Origin: an uncultured delta proteobacterium
GTDB lineage: Bacteria > Desulfobacterota > Desulfobaccia > Desulfobaccales > 0-14-0-80-60-11
Assembly: GCA_963705115.1 (NCBI GenBank)
Contig: CAVPIX010000010.1
Coordinates: forward strand, 1,165,461-1,229,460
Length of the DNA stretch: 64,000 bases
Direction of reading: 5' to 3'
The notes under the pieces were generated by a model. The model had not been told where the DNA came from and did not search any database. It saw only the letters and a list, made by a program, of their open reading frames with translations. Each line of letters opens with the position of its first letter. Positions within the stretch are counted from its first letter, which is position 1. Positions 1 to 8,685 of this stretch are shown piece by piece. The position numbers and the translations under genes were made by a program.

Positions 1-395
1 CGATACTCCCCTCCTTTGCGATCATTTCCACCGGCCTCTTTAAACTTGGCGGCAATAATCCCCTGATTTCTCTGTCCCTCTCGGTTGGCATCCTGGCGGG
101 CATCACCGGTTCGGCGTCCGGCGGCATGAGCATCGTCCTCCAGTCGGTGGGGGCCAAATTTGTTGAAATGGCCATGGCCACCGGTGTCTCCCTCGATCTC
201 ATGCACCGGGTCACCGCCCTGGCCGCCGGCGGTCTGGACTGCCTGCCCCACGGCGGCGCCGTCATTACCCTGCTCCAGATCTGCAACCTCAAACATGGCG
301 ATTCTTATCTCGATATTTTCGCGGTGTCCGTGGCCGGGCCGGTTGTCGCCTTGATCGCCGTAATTATTCTCGGCACCCTGTTCGGCTCCTTCTAA
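1..395 (+). CDS. C-terminal fragment of a GntP-family (gluconate/beta-hydroxybutyrate permease-like) membrane transporter; 5' end outside window
   Basis: Frame of the 126..395 ORF stays open to the window edge. Hydrophobic C-terminus with GGLDCLPHGGAVITLL resembles COG2610/GntP permeases. Lies next to PHA genes. Confidence 0.45.
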   Translation, partial: ILPSFAIISTGLFKLGGNNPLISLSLSVGILAGITGSASGGMSIVLQSVGAKFVEMAMATGVSLDLMHRVTALAAGGLDCLPHGGAVITLLQICNLKHGDSYLDIFAVSVAGPVVALIAVIILGTLFGSF

Positions 396-451
396 GTAAG
401 ACGCAGTTCAGCCAGATTGAAAATTAGTTGACACAGAGTTCTCTATTTCTC

Positions 452-919
452 TCAGCCTTTGTGCTCATCATTTTCAGGAGTTTTTTTAGGGACAAAATCT
501 ATCCAGGACGGCGAGGGCGTAATATTGGCCATGGCCTTCTTGGTAAGGGTGGAAAGGTCTTGGCCCAACTCCAGCCACGTCCGGAATTGTGAATCCATGG
601 AGCTTTTGTAAGCCAGATAATTCTTTAGAGTCTGTTCCAGATAATTGTCAAAGAATTCACTTAAGATGCTGTCCCCATGGCGAATGATGAGGTATAGGAG
701 GGAAACCGGGAGCAGCAAGGTTTTCTTTTTCGCTTCCTCTAAAACAATCTGGGTGAGGATGAAAGCGGTGACGTCCTCTCCGGTTTTGTCGTCGCTGATC
801 TCTATTTCCCGCCCTTGTTTCACCAATTCGGCAATCTGAGCCAGACTCACGAAGGCGCGTTTTTCCGTATCGTAGAGCCGCCGGTTGGCGTATTTTTTGA
901 GCACCACTTTTTCAGGCAT
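452..919 (-). CDS. phaR: polyhydroxyalkanoate synthesis repressor PhaR
   Basis: N-terminal KKYANRRLYDTEKRAFVSLAQIAELV is the diagnostic PhaR N-terminal motif. Divergent from the phasin genes. Confidence 0.85.
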   Translation of the reverse strand: MPEKVVLKKYANRRLYDTEKRAFVSLAQIAELVKQGREIEISDDKTGEDVTAFILTQIVLEEAKKKTLLLPVSLLYLIIRHGDSILSEFFDNYLEQTLKNYLAYKSSMDSQFRTWLELGQDLSTLTKKAMANITPSPSWIDFVPKKTPENDEHKG

Positions 920-1065
920 GCTCTTCTCCTTTTAGAAGTCAGTGTACAATAAACTTTTGCGATTCACAATTTTTTTGTGTTTTATTGATTCAATTACGGC
1001 CATATTATATTATAATATATTAATATTATTATCTAATTTTATTTTATTTTTAATATTTTATAATT

Positions 1066-1080
1066 TTTTGCATTGCAAAA
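1066..1080. promoter_or_regulatory. 15-nt palindrome TTTTGCA-T-TGCAAAA, candidate PhaR operator
   Basis: Perfect inverted repeat just upstream of the phasin promoter in the phaR-phasin divergent region. TGC-containing repeats are known PhaR targets in other bacteria. Confidence 0.35.
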
Positions 1081-1087
1081 TATTTCC

Positions 1088-1116
1088 TTGACAAAGCTCT
1101 CGGCGGAGTTTATATT
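1088..1116 (+). promoter_or_regulatory. sigma70-like promoter for phasin genes
   Basis: TTGACA (1088-1093), 17-nt spacer, TATATT (1111-1116), about 45 nt upstream of the phasin start. Confidence 0.55.
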
Positions 1117-1159
1117 AAGAGAAAATTCAGGCTGAAGCAGCCGCTTTAGGAGAGCAGAG

Positions 1160-1417
1160 ATGATGGATTCGAAAAAGATGGGCAAGCAGATGATCGACCT
1201 TTACAAAACCACCTTCGACAATTCCTTTAACACCATGGTGATGCTCCAAGAACAGATGGAGCGCCTGGGCTCCATGTACTGGGGACAGATGGTCAATCTC
1301 CCGGAAGAGGCCAAAAAAGGGCTGACCGAGTGGACTAAATCCCACAAGAAGAACTGCGAAGACTTCAAAAAGTTAGTGGACGACGGTTTCCAAAAGCTGG
1401 AATCGTTCTCCGCTTAA
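1160..1417 (+). CDS. phasin-like PHA granule protein, copy 1
   Basis: Small helical Lys/Glu-rich protein between phaR and phaC. GGAG RBS. Tandem paralog of the next gene. Confidence 0.6.
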   Translation: MMDSKKMGKQMIDLYKTTFDNSFNTMVMLQEQMERLGSMYWGQMVNLPEEAKKGLTEWTKSHKKNCEDFKKLVDDGFQKLESFSA

Positions 1418-1458
1418 TCTAAAAAGTTCAGGCTGAGGTAGCCGCAAGGAGAAAAGAG

Positions 1459-1749
1459 ATGATGGATCCAAAAAAGATGGGCAAGCAAATGCTGGACTTT
1501 TACAAGACCTCCTTTGACAATTCCTATAGCGCCATGATAATGCTCCAGGAACAGATGGAGCGCATGGGCGCCATGTACTGGGGACAGATGGTCAATCTCC
1601 CGGAAGAGGCCAAAAAGGGTCTGACCGAGTGGACCAAATCCTACAAGAAGAACTGCGAAGATTTCAAAAAGGTGATGGACGACAGTTTTAAAAAACTGGA
1701 ATCCTTTTTGGCCGAAGCTGAAAAGGCCGAAAAAACCAAGACTGCCTGA
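1459..1749 (+). CDS. phasin-like PHA granule protein, copy 2
   Basis: About 80% identical to copy 1 over 85 aa by manual count. Carries an extra AEAEKAEKTKTA tail. The leader and RBS are also duplicated. Confidence 0.6.
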   Translation: MMDPKKMGKQMLDFYKTSFDNSYSAMIMLQEQMERMGAMYWGQMVNLPEEAKKGLTEWTKSYKKNCEDFKKVMDDSFKKLESFLAEAEKAEKTKTA

Positions 1750-1756
1750 AGGATTA

Positions 1757-1797
1757 GCGGGATGCTGACGACCAGCATCCCGCCGTTCATTGTGTTT
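1757..1797 (+). terminator. hairpin, possible terminator or attenuator after the phasin genes
   Basis: GCGGGATGCTG-acgac-CAGCATCCCGC followed by a weak T-rich stretch. Confidence 0.4.
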
Positions 1798-1873
1798 AAA
1801 ACGGCCGTTACGGTAATTCCCGCATGGCCTTCCTAAAACCGGACCGGACTCACCGGCATCCCAGGAGTTAAAT

Positions 1874-2098
1874 ATGTCTGAGTCAAAAGATGTGACTCAC
1901 AATTTGATTGAGCAGGCCCCAGGCCAATTGGATATGACCCCGGAGATGGCCTTAAAAACTCAAGCCAAGGTTATCTCGGCCAGCATTGATCAGGCCCGCA
2001 TGCTGCAGACCTACTGGATCGGCCTGAGCCGCTATATCCTGGACTTCTATGGCGCCGGCTTTCTCCGCCCTGGAATCTTTCCGCGGCGTGGAAAGTGA
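1874..2098 (+). CDS. small hypothetical protein translationally coupled to phaC
   Basis: 74-aa ORF whose TGA overlaps the GTG start of phaC (GTGA at 2095-2098). No recognisable motif. Confidence 0.35.
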   Translation: MSESKDVTHNLIEQAPGQLDMTPEMALKTQAKVISASIDQARMLQTYWIGLSRYILDFYGAGFLRPGIFPRRGK

Positions 2099-3636
2099 TA
2101 AACTCGAGGACATATTCCCCCGAGGAAAATATCAGGGATTATGCGGGTCTGTTGGAATTCAACCTGCGGTTGGCAGAAAAAGGCATGACTCACGGGATGA
2201 AAGCCATCAACGATTTCCACGCTCACCAGTTGGAGCAGGGTTACAAAGCCTGGCAAAATACGCTGTACCATCAGAAGGGCGAAGATATTGCCGCCTTCAT
2301 GGCCAAACAGGCCCGGTTGATGGAGTTGGTGGTCCACGAATATCCCCAGGCCATCAGGGCCATTGAGCCGGAGTACGGCTTCCACTTTGATGACGGTCAT
2401 TACGTCAAGACTGCCGAAACAGACCGCTTCTGCCTCTACCAGGTGCTGCCCCTGGATAAGTCGGTGAAAGTCCGGAAAAAAGGCAAACCCATTCTGATTA
2501 TCCCCCCCTATGTGCTGGGGGCCAACATATTGTCCTTTCTGCCGGGGGAAGGCAAGAGTTTCGTGCACTGCTTCGCCAACCAGGGCATTCCCACGTATAT
2601 CCGCATTGTCAAGGATATCTACGCCAACCCGGCGGTACAGGAAATGACCGGGGAAGAAGACTGCCTGGACACAAAATTTTTCCTGGAGCAGATAAAGGCC
2701 GCCCACGATCGGCCGGTAACTCTGTGCGGTTACTGCCAGGGCGGGTTCACCGTGGCAGTCAATTACCTATCGGGGGAACTGGATGGTTTGGTGGACGCAC
2801 TCATCACCAGCGTCGCCCCCATGGACGGCACCAGGAGTAAAAGCTTGGCGGATTTTCTGGCACAGATTCCCAAACGGTTTGAGGATATCAGCTTTGCCAT
2901 CAAGACCCTCCCCAACGGCAACCGGGTAGTGAACGGCAAGCTCATGAGCTGGGTCTACAAGCTTAAAAGTATGGAGAAAGATAATCCCATTATCGCTTTC
3001 ATCCGGGATCTGAAGCTTTTTGAACGGAATCTGAAGATCAACAAGACGGCGGCGGCCATCAACTACTGGCTGCTGTATGATCAAACCGATCTGCCCCTCG
3101 AGATCTGTAAGATGAGCTTCGATTCCTACACCATCCCGGTTGCCAAAGACGGGACCCTCCCGGTTAGACTTTTCGGGCGCCCCTTGAATTTCAAGCGGGT
3201 TAAGGAACAAGGCATTAAGTGGTTCATCTGTATTGCCGAAAAAGATGATCTGGTGGAGAAGGAATCGGCCCTGGCACCCCTGGACTGGGTAGAGGCGGAA
3301 GTAGCCGTTTTCCCCAAGGGGCATGTAGCCATCGCCACCAGTTGGTCTCTGCCCACCACCGAGTGTTCCCTGGACCGGTGCTTCCTGGATTACCGCGGCC
3401 CGGTGCGCTTCCAGCTGGATTTGGAGGCCGAAGGTGACAAAACCCAGGCGGCTGCTCCTCAGAAAGAGCCAGGGAAAAAAACCCGGTCCGCAGCGGCCTT
3501 GAAAACACTGGCGAGTAAGGCTGAAACTGAGGCGGCGTTGAAGGCGCCAGAGGATAAGACCCAGTCTGCCCCTGCCCAGACAGCGGAAAAGGACAAGGCC
3601 CTGCCTGCCGCGGCCCCGAAGCAGGAGCCCAAATGA
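2095..3636 (+). CDS. phaC: poly(R)-hydroxyalkanoate synthase PhaC (alpha/beta hydrolase) with Ala/Lys/Pro-rich C-terminal tail
   Basis: Lipase-box-like GYCQGG with the catalytic Cys. Context is phaR plus phasins. The last ~70 aa are low complexity. Confidence 0.8.
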   Translation: MINSRTYSPEENIRDYAGLLEFNLRLAEKGMTHGMKAINDFHAHQLEQGYKAWQNTLYHQKGEDIAAFMAKQARLMELVVHEYPQAIRAIEPEYGFHFDDGHYVKTAETDRFCLYQVLPLDKSVKVRKKGKPILIIPPYVLGANILSFLPGEGKSFVHCFANQGIPTYIRIVKDIYANPAVQEMTGEEDCLDTKFFLEQIKAAHDRPVTLCGYCQGGFTVAVNYLSGELDGLVDALITSVAPMDGTRSKSLADFLAQIPKRFEDISFAIKTLPNGNRVVNGKLMSWVYKLKSMEKDNPIIAFIRDLKLFERNLKINKTAAAINYWLLYDQTDLPLEICKMSFDSYTIPVAKDGTLPVRLFGRPLNFKRVKEQGIKWFICIAEKDDLVEKESALAPLDWVEAEVAVFPKGHVAIATSWSLPTTECSLDRCFLDYRGPVRFQLDLEAEGDKTQAAAPQKEPGKKTRSAAALKTLASKAETEAALKAPEDKTQSAPAQTAEKDKALPAAAPKQEPK

Positions 3637-4118
3637 ACCGGCACTTTTTGGAGTTCTGGGGGAAGGCCCTCCTCCAGGCCGCCCACAGTCAGAAGCAGTT
3701 GGAAGATTTAGCCAAATGGTGCCAGCGTGGCATCTTCAGTTTCCAAGATTACACCCAGCTTTTTAAAACTGCTTACGGCCTGGATCAGGTGGGGGAAGAC
3801 AGCCCAGATGAACTCTCCACATGGGAAAAAGCCGAAGAGAACTTTCGGGAGTCTTTCAAGGAGTATTTAAATATCTTTGGAGTGGTCCCCCGGGAGGAGT
3901 ATGCAGCTCTGGTGCGGCAATATGACGAGTTAAGAGCAAAAGTGGCCGAACAGGAAGAAACCATTAAACAACTGCGCTTGTTGCTTGAAGAAAAGGGACT
4001 GGGGCTGGCGGCGACGTCCCTGGAATTCCAGAGACTCATCGAGAAACAAGGAGAGCAGTTTCAGAAACTTATTCAAGGCCTGGGGGAAGCGGTAAAATCC
4101 GAAGACCCTCAAGTCTGA
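3633..4118 (+). CDS. coiled-coil PHA-associated protein, possibly a short PhaE-like synthase subunit
   Basis: ATGA overlap with the phaC stop. Predicted coiled-coil C-terminal half. Assignment rests on context only. Confidence 0.4.
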   Translation: MNRHFLEFWGKALLQAAHSQKQLEDLAKWCQRGIFSFQDYTQLFKTAYGLDQVGEDSPDELSTWEKAEENFRESFKEYLNIFGVVPREEYAALVRQYDELRAKVAEQEETIKQLRLLLEEKGLGLAATSLEFQRLIEKQGEQFQKLIQGLGEAVKSEDPQV

Positions 4119-4194
4119 GGACAGCCAGGGCCGGATGCTGGCACCGAAAACTTCAATCTGACCAATATCTCATCTCGGGAAGGGGAATAGCATA

Positions 4195-4989
4195 ATGTTG
4201 GTAATAAAAGACGCGGTGGCAGTCATTACCGGTGGCGCCGGAGGCATCGGCGAAGAGCTGGCGAAATATTGGGTGCGTCAGGGCGGTAAAGTGGTGCTGG
4301 CGGATATCAGCGCCGATGGTTTGAGCCGAGTGGAGGCTGAGATCAAGGCCATGGGCGGCCAAGTGGCCACCCTGGTCTGTGACACCACCAAAGAGGACGA
4401 TTGCGCCAGGCTGGCGGACCTGGCCATTGAAAAGTTCGGCTGCCTCAACCTGGTAGCCCCCTGTGCCGGTATCATCCGGGACGGCCTGCTGGTAGCCCCT
4501 GACCGGGAAACCGGCAAGGTGGCTAAAAAAATGTCACTGGCGAACTTTCAGGCCGTCATCGACATCAACCTCACCGGGGTCTTTCTCACGGTCCGGGAGT
4601 GCTCGGCGCGGATGATCGACCATGGCTGCCAGGGCCTGATCTGCTTGTTTTCCTCCACCGGTTCCCTGGGAACCGCCGGGCAGATCAATTACTCCTCCAC
4701 CAAGGCGGCCATGAGTGTCATGCCCAAAGTGATCACCGCCGAGTTTTTCCGCCGGGGCCTGGGGGGCAAGATCCGCTGCGTGGCCATCGCCCCGGGGTAT
4801 GTGGGCACCCCCATGGTGAAAGGCATGGACCAGAAGGCCCTGGGGAAGATTTTAGAACAGGTTCCCATCGGCCGCCTGGTGGAACCTGCAGAAGTGGCCT
4901 CCCTTATCGGTGAACTTTATCGCAACGAAGCCCTGGCCGGGGATACCTTTTTCATCCACGGGGGCCTGCGCCTGGGATCTAAAGGATAG
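4195..4989 (+). CDS. short-chain dehydrogenase/reductase (PhaB/FabG-like 3-oxoacyl reductase)
   Basis: TGGAGGIG dinucleotide-binding motif and YSSTKAA (YxxxK) catalytic motif. Confidence 0.8.
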   Translation: MLVIKDAVAVITGGAGGIGEELAKYWVRQGGKVVLADISADGLSRVEAEIKAMGGQVATLVCDTTKEDDCARLADLAIEKFGCLNLVAPCAGIIRDGLLVAPDRETGKVAKKMSLANFQAVIDINLTGVFLTVRECSARMIDHGCQGLICLFSSTGSLGTAGQINYSSTKAAMSVMPKVITAEFFRRGLGGKIRCVAIAPGYVGTPMVKGMDQKALGKILEQVPIGRLVEPAEVASLIGELYRNEALAGDTFFIHGGLRLGSKG

Positions 4990-5031
4990 GAGACCCATAA
5001 TCAGAATACCCAAGCACCATCTCATAAAATT

Positions 5032-5069
5032 GACCCCAGTTGGTGAAGCAACTGGGGTCTTTCATTTTT
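5032..5069 (+). terminator. rho-independent terminator after the SDR gene
   Basis: GACCCCAGTTG-gtgaag-CAACTGGGGTC followed by TTTCATTTTT. Confidence 0.75.
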
Positions 5070-5451
5070 CAATCAAAGAGATCATTGGTTCATATAAAAA
5101 ACGAAGAAAACGTCTAGGATTTTTACGTATACCTGCTCTTCCTAGAAACTTATCAACCTCTGGAAAATTCAACCTATTCAGTCCATAACGACACATCAGG
5201 CTCAACATCCGAGAACCCAGCCTGAGAAGGTCCGGGTGGCATATTCTTGGGTCAGCCCCTCCCAGTTCTGATATTCAGATCAAACCTGGATTTTTTCTGG
5301 GTGATGGGATAATTGTCGAAGCTGGCAAGTAAGCTGGAAAAATTGCATTTTATGTGGTATTGCTCAGACCATTAAGTTGGATGGCCCATAGCCCAAAGGC
5401 TTTCTGACACCGCTAAGGCACAGAGTCGGGCTCCAAAAAGGAGAAACGACA

Positions 5452-6138
5452 ATGGACAATACATCCGCCCGGAATCGACTCGTCGCTGTAATCCGCACAC
5501 TCGCCGCAGAGAAGCATATTGAACTGGAACGGCTTAAAAAGGAACATAGCGGCCTCGCTCGTTCAGACTTCATCTGGCACTACCTCTTGGTAAGCTTCTC
5601 AACAATGGGGCGGGCGTCTGGGTGGCATGGGCTGATCGGCAACAAGAACAACTACCAACGTGTTACCTACAATGTTCTCGCCGCTCTGTCTCCGGAAGCT
5701 CGCAGATCACAGGTAAGACAGGTGTGCAAAGTTGCGGGGATTCGCATGCCGGATAAGAAAGCGGATTACATTCTCGGCTGTTTTGATTATATCAAGCAGC
5801 TCGGTGGGCCGGAGACCACAAAGGCTAAGCTGCTTGCTCAACCGGGCCGAGACGCCAAGATTCGCTTCCTCCAAACTTTCCCCGGTATTGGGCCAAAATA
5901 TGCCCGAAACATAATGATGGACGTTTATCACGAGGACTTTCGGAATAGTATCGCCCTCGATGTTCGTATCAAGGCCATCTCTGACGCCCTCGGTCTGTCG
6001 TTTTCATCTTATGCCGAGCACGAGCAGTTCTACCTCAACGTAGCTCGCAATGCCGGGATCAACGGTTGGGAGTTAGACCGACTGTTGTTCAATTTTCGCG
6101 CTGAGGTGGAGGCGAGCCTTGGGGTTAGAAGAGTATGA
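5452..6138 (+). CDS. HhH-GPD-like (Ogg2/EndoIII-like) DNA glycosylase family protein
   Basis: FPGIGPKYARNIMMDV helix-hairpin-helix followed by IALDVRI (Asp in the position of the catalytic Asp of HhH-GPD enzymes). GGAG RBS. Confidence 0.5.
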   Translation: MDNTSARNRLVAVIRTLAAEKHIELERLKKEHSGLARSDFIWHYLLVSFSTMGRASGWHGLIGNKNNYQRVTYNVLAALSPEARRSQVRQVCKVAGIRMPDKKADYILGCFDYIKQLGGPETTKAKLLAQPGRDAKIRFLQTFPGIGPKYARNIMMDVYHEDFRNSIALDVRIKAISDALGLSFSSYAEHEQFYLNVARNAGINGWELDRLLFNFRAEVEASLGVRRV

Positions 6139-6217
6139 ATGGCCTTAGTGCGTGAAAGAACACAAACATCGATTTTAGACAAGCTCAGCCAGGACCGATG
6201 TATAATTTTGGTTAACA

Positions 6218-7810
6218 ATGAAAAATGGCAAAGACATGAAGAGCCTAATAAATAAATATATTTCTTTGGCCAAAGAAAGCCTCATTCAGCGGGAAGATAC
6301 CTCGACCAACAGAATATCTCTTTTAAAAAGCTGGAAAGATCGATTGCTTGAGAAAGTCGAATACATAGAGTCACATCAAATTTTTGAAGATTTGATTTTT
6401 AGAACTATAGAAGTTTATAGAGATAATTTCTTTAAAGATAATTATCGGGATATTCGGGGTGGGCATATTGAAGATATAACTGCCGAAGATCGTTTACTTG
6501 AAAATGTCGAATATATAGAGTCACATCAAATTGTTACAGATATGATTTCCGGAACTATAGAACTTTATCGGGAAATCCGCGGTGGGCATGTGGAGGATGT
6601 AACCGCCGATTGGGAGATCCTGGTGAAAACTTTTTTTCGTCGTTCCGGATTCTATATTAAGCTTTCCAAGGATGAACCAATTGATATTGATTTGGTTTGT
6701 CATCAATATGATGAAGCATTTACAGCCAAGGAGGTGCCGGTTAGATATTTGGCACCTTTAGAATTTGTTAACTTTTATGATGTTGACAGGCTTAATTTTC
6801 CTTCTTTTTCAATCAGGAGATTTTCTCCACAGGAATTATCAGAGGTAATTAATAATACTGTTAATGAAGTATTTTATCCTGATGCAATTTGGGATTTTGA
6901 TAAATTATCGATGTTCTGGTTTATTGATGTCGTAATTCCTAAAGTAAATACGAACAAATTACTACAGACTAATGATTATTTCGCATACTTCGGAAATTAC
7001 AGGCATGAATCTGACAATTTAGACCCGATTAAAGATGTATTAAAGATATTATCTTTGTTTGATTGGAATTCGATACATAACGATGGCAATTGTCAAGGGT
7101 TTAATGTCCCGTTTGTCAGCCAAGTAGATGAATATTTTCTGGCCTATCCTGATTCATTTCCAATTGGAAAAAAATTAGAAATGGCAAATAGTTACGAGGA
7201 TTTTGACGATGATAATATGCACTACTACCATCATAAAATAATTGGTCGAGAACCTCTTATTTTATGCCAATTAGACGAAAAAAATGTTAACCGATTTATT
7301 GAATTTGTTAGTGTCGTGGACAATCAATTTTCTGACATATGTAAGAAGTGGCCCTTTTATAATAATGCTTTAGAATTTATACTAAAAGCTTTTTTTCATG
7401 ACGACTTCTACAGGCCGATTGACCAATTATTATGGAATATTGTTGCAATAGAAGCTCTATTGGGTGATAAAGGGGAAGGGCTAACTAATAGGTTAGCAGC
7501 TCGGTTGAGTAGAATATTAGCCAAATCTGATGATGTTCGAGATTATATTAAAAAAGAATTTAAGATAATTTATAATTTAAGATGTAACCTTATTCACGGT
7601 AGCTCGTGGGATGAGAAATTAGATAGGAAATATCTTTTTTTAAGTAGGAACTTGGCAAGAAAGGCCAGTATGAAGTTCTTCTATTTATTTGCTTACATTT
7701 CTACATCAGGTCAATTTAATCCAAAAAAACACTCCAGGAAAGAAATATTGTCCTTTATTGATAGTGATCTGATATTCGACGAGAATGGACTGGAAAATAT
7801 ACTTCGTTAA
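6218..7810 (+). CDS. hypothetical protein with C-terminal HEPN-like (Rx4H) domain
   Basis: Strongly AT-rich ORF. C-terminus has LLWNIVAIEALLG...IIYNLRCNLIHGS, an Rx4H motif in a helical context as in Apea/Abi-type HEPN RNases. N-terminus holds a 50-aa tandem repeat. Confidence 0.55.
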   Translation: MKNGKDMKSLINKYISLAKESLIQREDTSTNRISLLKSWKDRLLEKVEYIESHQIFEDLIFRTIEVYRDNFFKDNYRDIRGGHIEDITAEDRLLENVEYIESHQIVTDMISGTIELYREIRGGHVEDVTADWEILVKTFFRRSGFYIKLSKDEPIDIDLVCHQYDEAFTAKEVPVRYLAPLEFVNFYDVDRLNFPSFSIRRFSPQELSEVINNTVNEVFYPDAIWDFDKLSMFWFIDVVIPKVNTNKLLQTNDYFAYFGNYRHESDNLDPIKDVLKILSLFDWNSIHNDGNCQGFNVPFVSQVDEYFLAYPDSFPIGKKLEMANSYEDFDDDNMHYYHHKIIGREPLILCQLDEKNVNRFIEFVSVVDNQFSDICKKWPFYNNALEFILKAFFHDDFYRPIDQLLWNIVAIEALLGDKGEGLTNRLAARLSRILAKSDDVRDYIKKEFKIIYNLRCNLIHGSSWDEKLDRKYLFLSRNLARKASMKFFYLFAYISTSGQFNPKKHSRKEILSFIDSDLIFDENGLENILR

Positions 7811-8280
7811 ATTAGGGCCATAGAGCGGGAAAGAGGTGATAATCGCGGTATTAGCATTACTCGTTTTAACTCATGCCCAAGCTGAGCTTCAGAATGAGAA
7901 AATTCAAAAATCGGATCACTGCTCTATCTCCGCAATGCGCCACCCAGCAGTTGGTGTTCTGATATCCTCACAATATCCAGCAAAATATATCTCGGGGGAG
8001 TAGGAGCCGCCCTCGCTTTGACTCGAAAAGGACCGGCCGCCGGGACGGCGTCAAAAGAAAACAAGATTATAGATTTTGTTTCCTTTTCTCCGGGCCTGAA
8101 AAACCCTCTATAATTTATGAAGGACCCTAATATTCAGCCGCCCTTGGGTGACTTGGGGTCCTGTTTTGCGGGGACGCAATACCTTGCCCCTATCAACAAT
8201 AGAAAAAAACTAATTAATATAGCAGAGTTATCTAAACAGCAGGCTTTTATTTAGGCATTTCATTTGTTTGGCGAGCGCCC

Positions 8281-8682
8281 CTAATCTTCATCGCCGGTGA
8301 GATCGCCGCTTGGCCCCATCCCCGGCCCCATACCCTCTCCCATCTCCCCGCTTGCCATGGCTTCCTCGATCATCTGGTCGATATCCCCGACATCGTCCTC
8401 CCCCATGGCTTCCTTGAGGTGGGGACCCATCTGGCGCATCATGCGGGCCATGCTGGCGGGGTCGTTTTCGTCCAGGTCGGCCAGGCCGCCCCAGCGGTGG
8501 GGGTCGGCCAGGCGCTCCATCCTGGTTTCTTCCGAGAGGCGGACTCGCACTCTGGAGAGCAGCCGCTCCATCTCCGTGCCGCCGCACCGGGGACACACCG
8601 GGGTAAAGGGCGCACTCAGACTCAGGATGAGAAACTCAGACACTTTCCGGCAGGAGGCACAGCGATATTCGTAGATGGGCAT
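8281..8682 (-). CDS. FmdB-family zinc-ribbon protein
   Basis: MPIYEYRCxxC...CPRCG (CxxC-CxxC) N-terminus with an acidic tail. Confidence 0.8.
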   Translation of the reverse strand: MPIYEYRCASCRKVSEFLILSLSAPFTPVCPRCGGTEMERLLSRVRVRLSEETRMERLADPHRWGGLADLDENDPASMARMMRQMGPHLKEAMGEDDVGDIDQMIEEAMASGEMGEGMGPGMGPSGDLTGDED

Positions 8683-8685
8683 AGG

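Noticed and set aside
2049-2366. 105-aa plus-strand ORF overlapping the phaC start as an alternative N-terminus
   Set aside because: Arg/Gly/Pro-rich nonsense translation. It is out of frame with the conserved PhaC sequence, which begins at 2095.
8281-8682. Two FmdB-type zinc-ribbon genes (also 23029..23250) as a linked system
   Set aside because: They lie 15 kb apart in unrelated operons, and this small family is commonly multi-copy.
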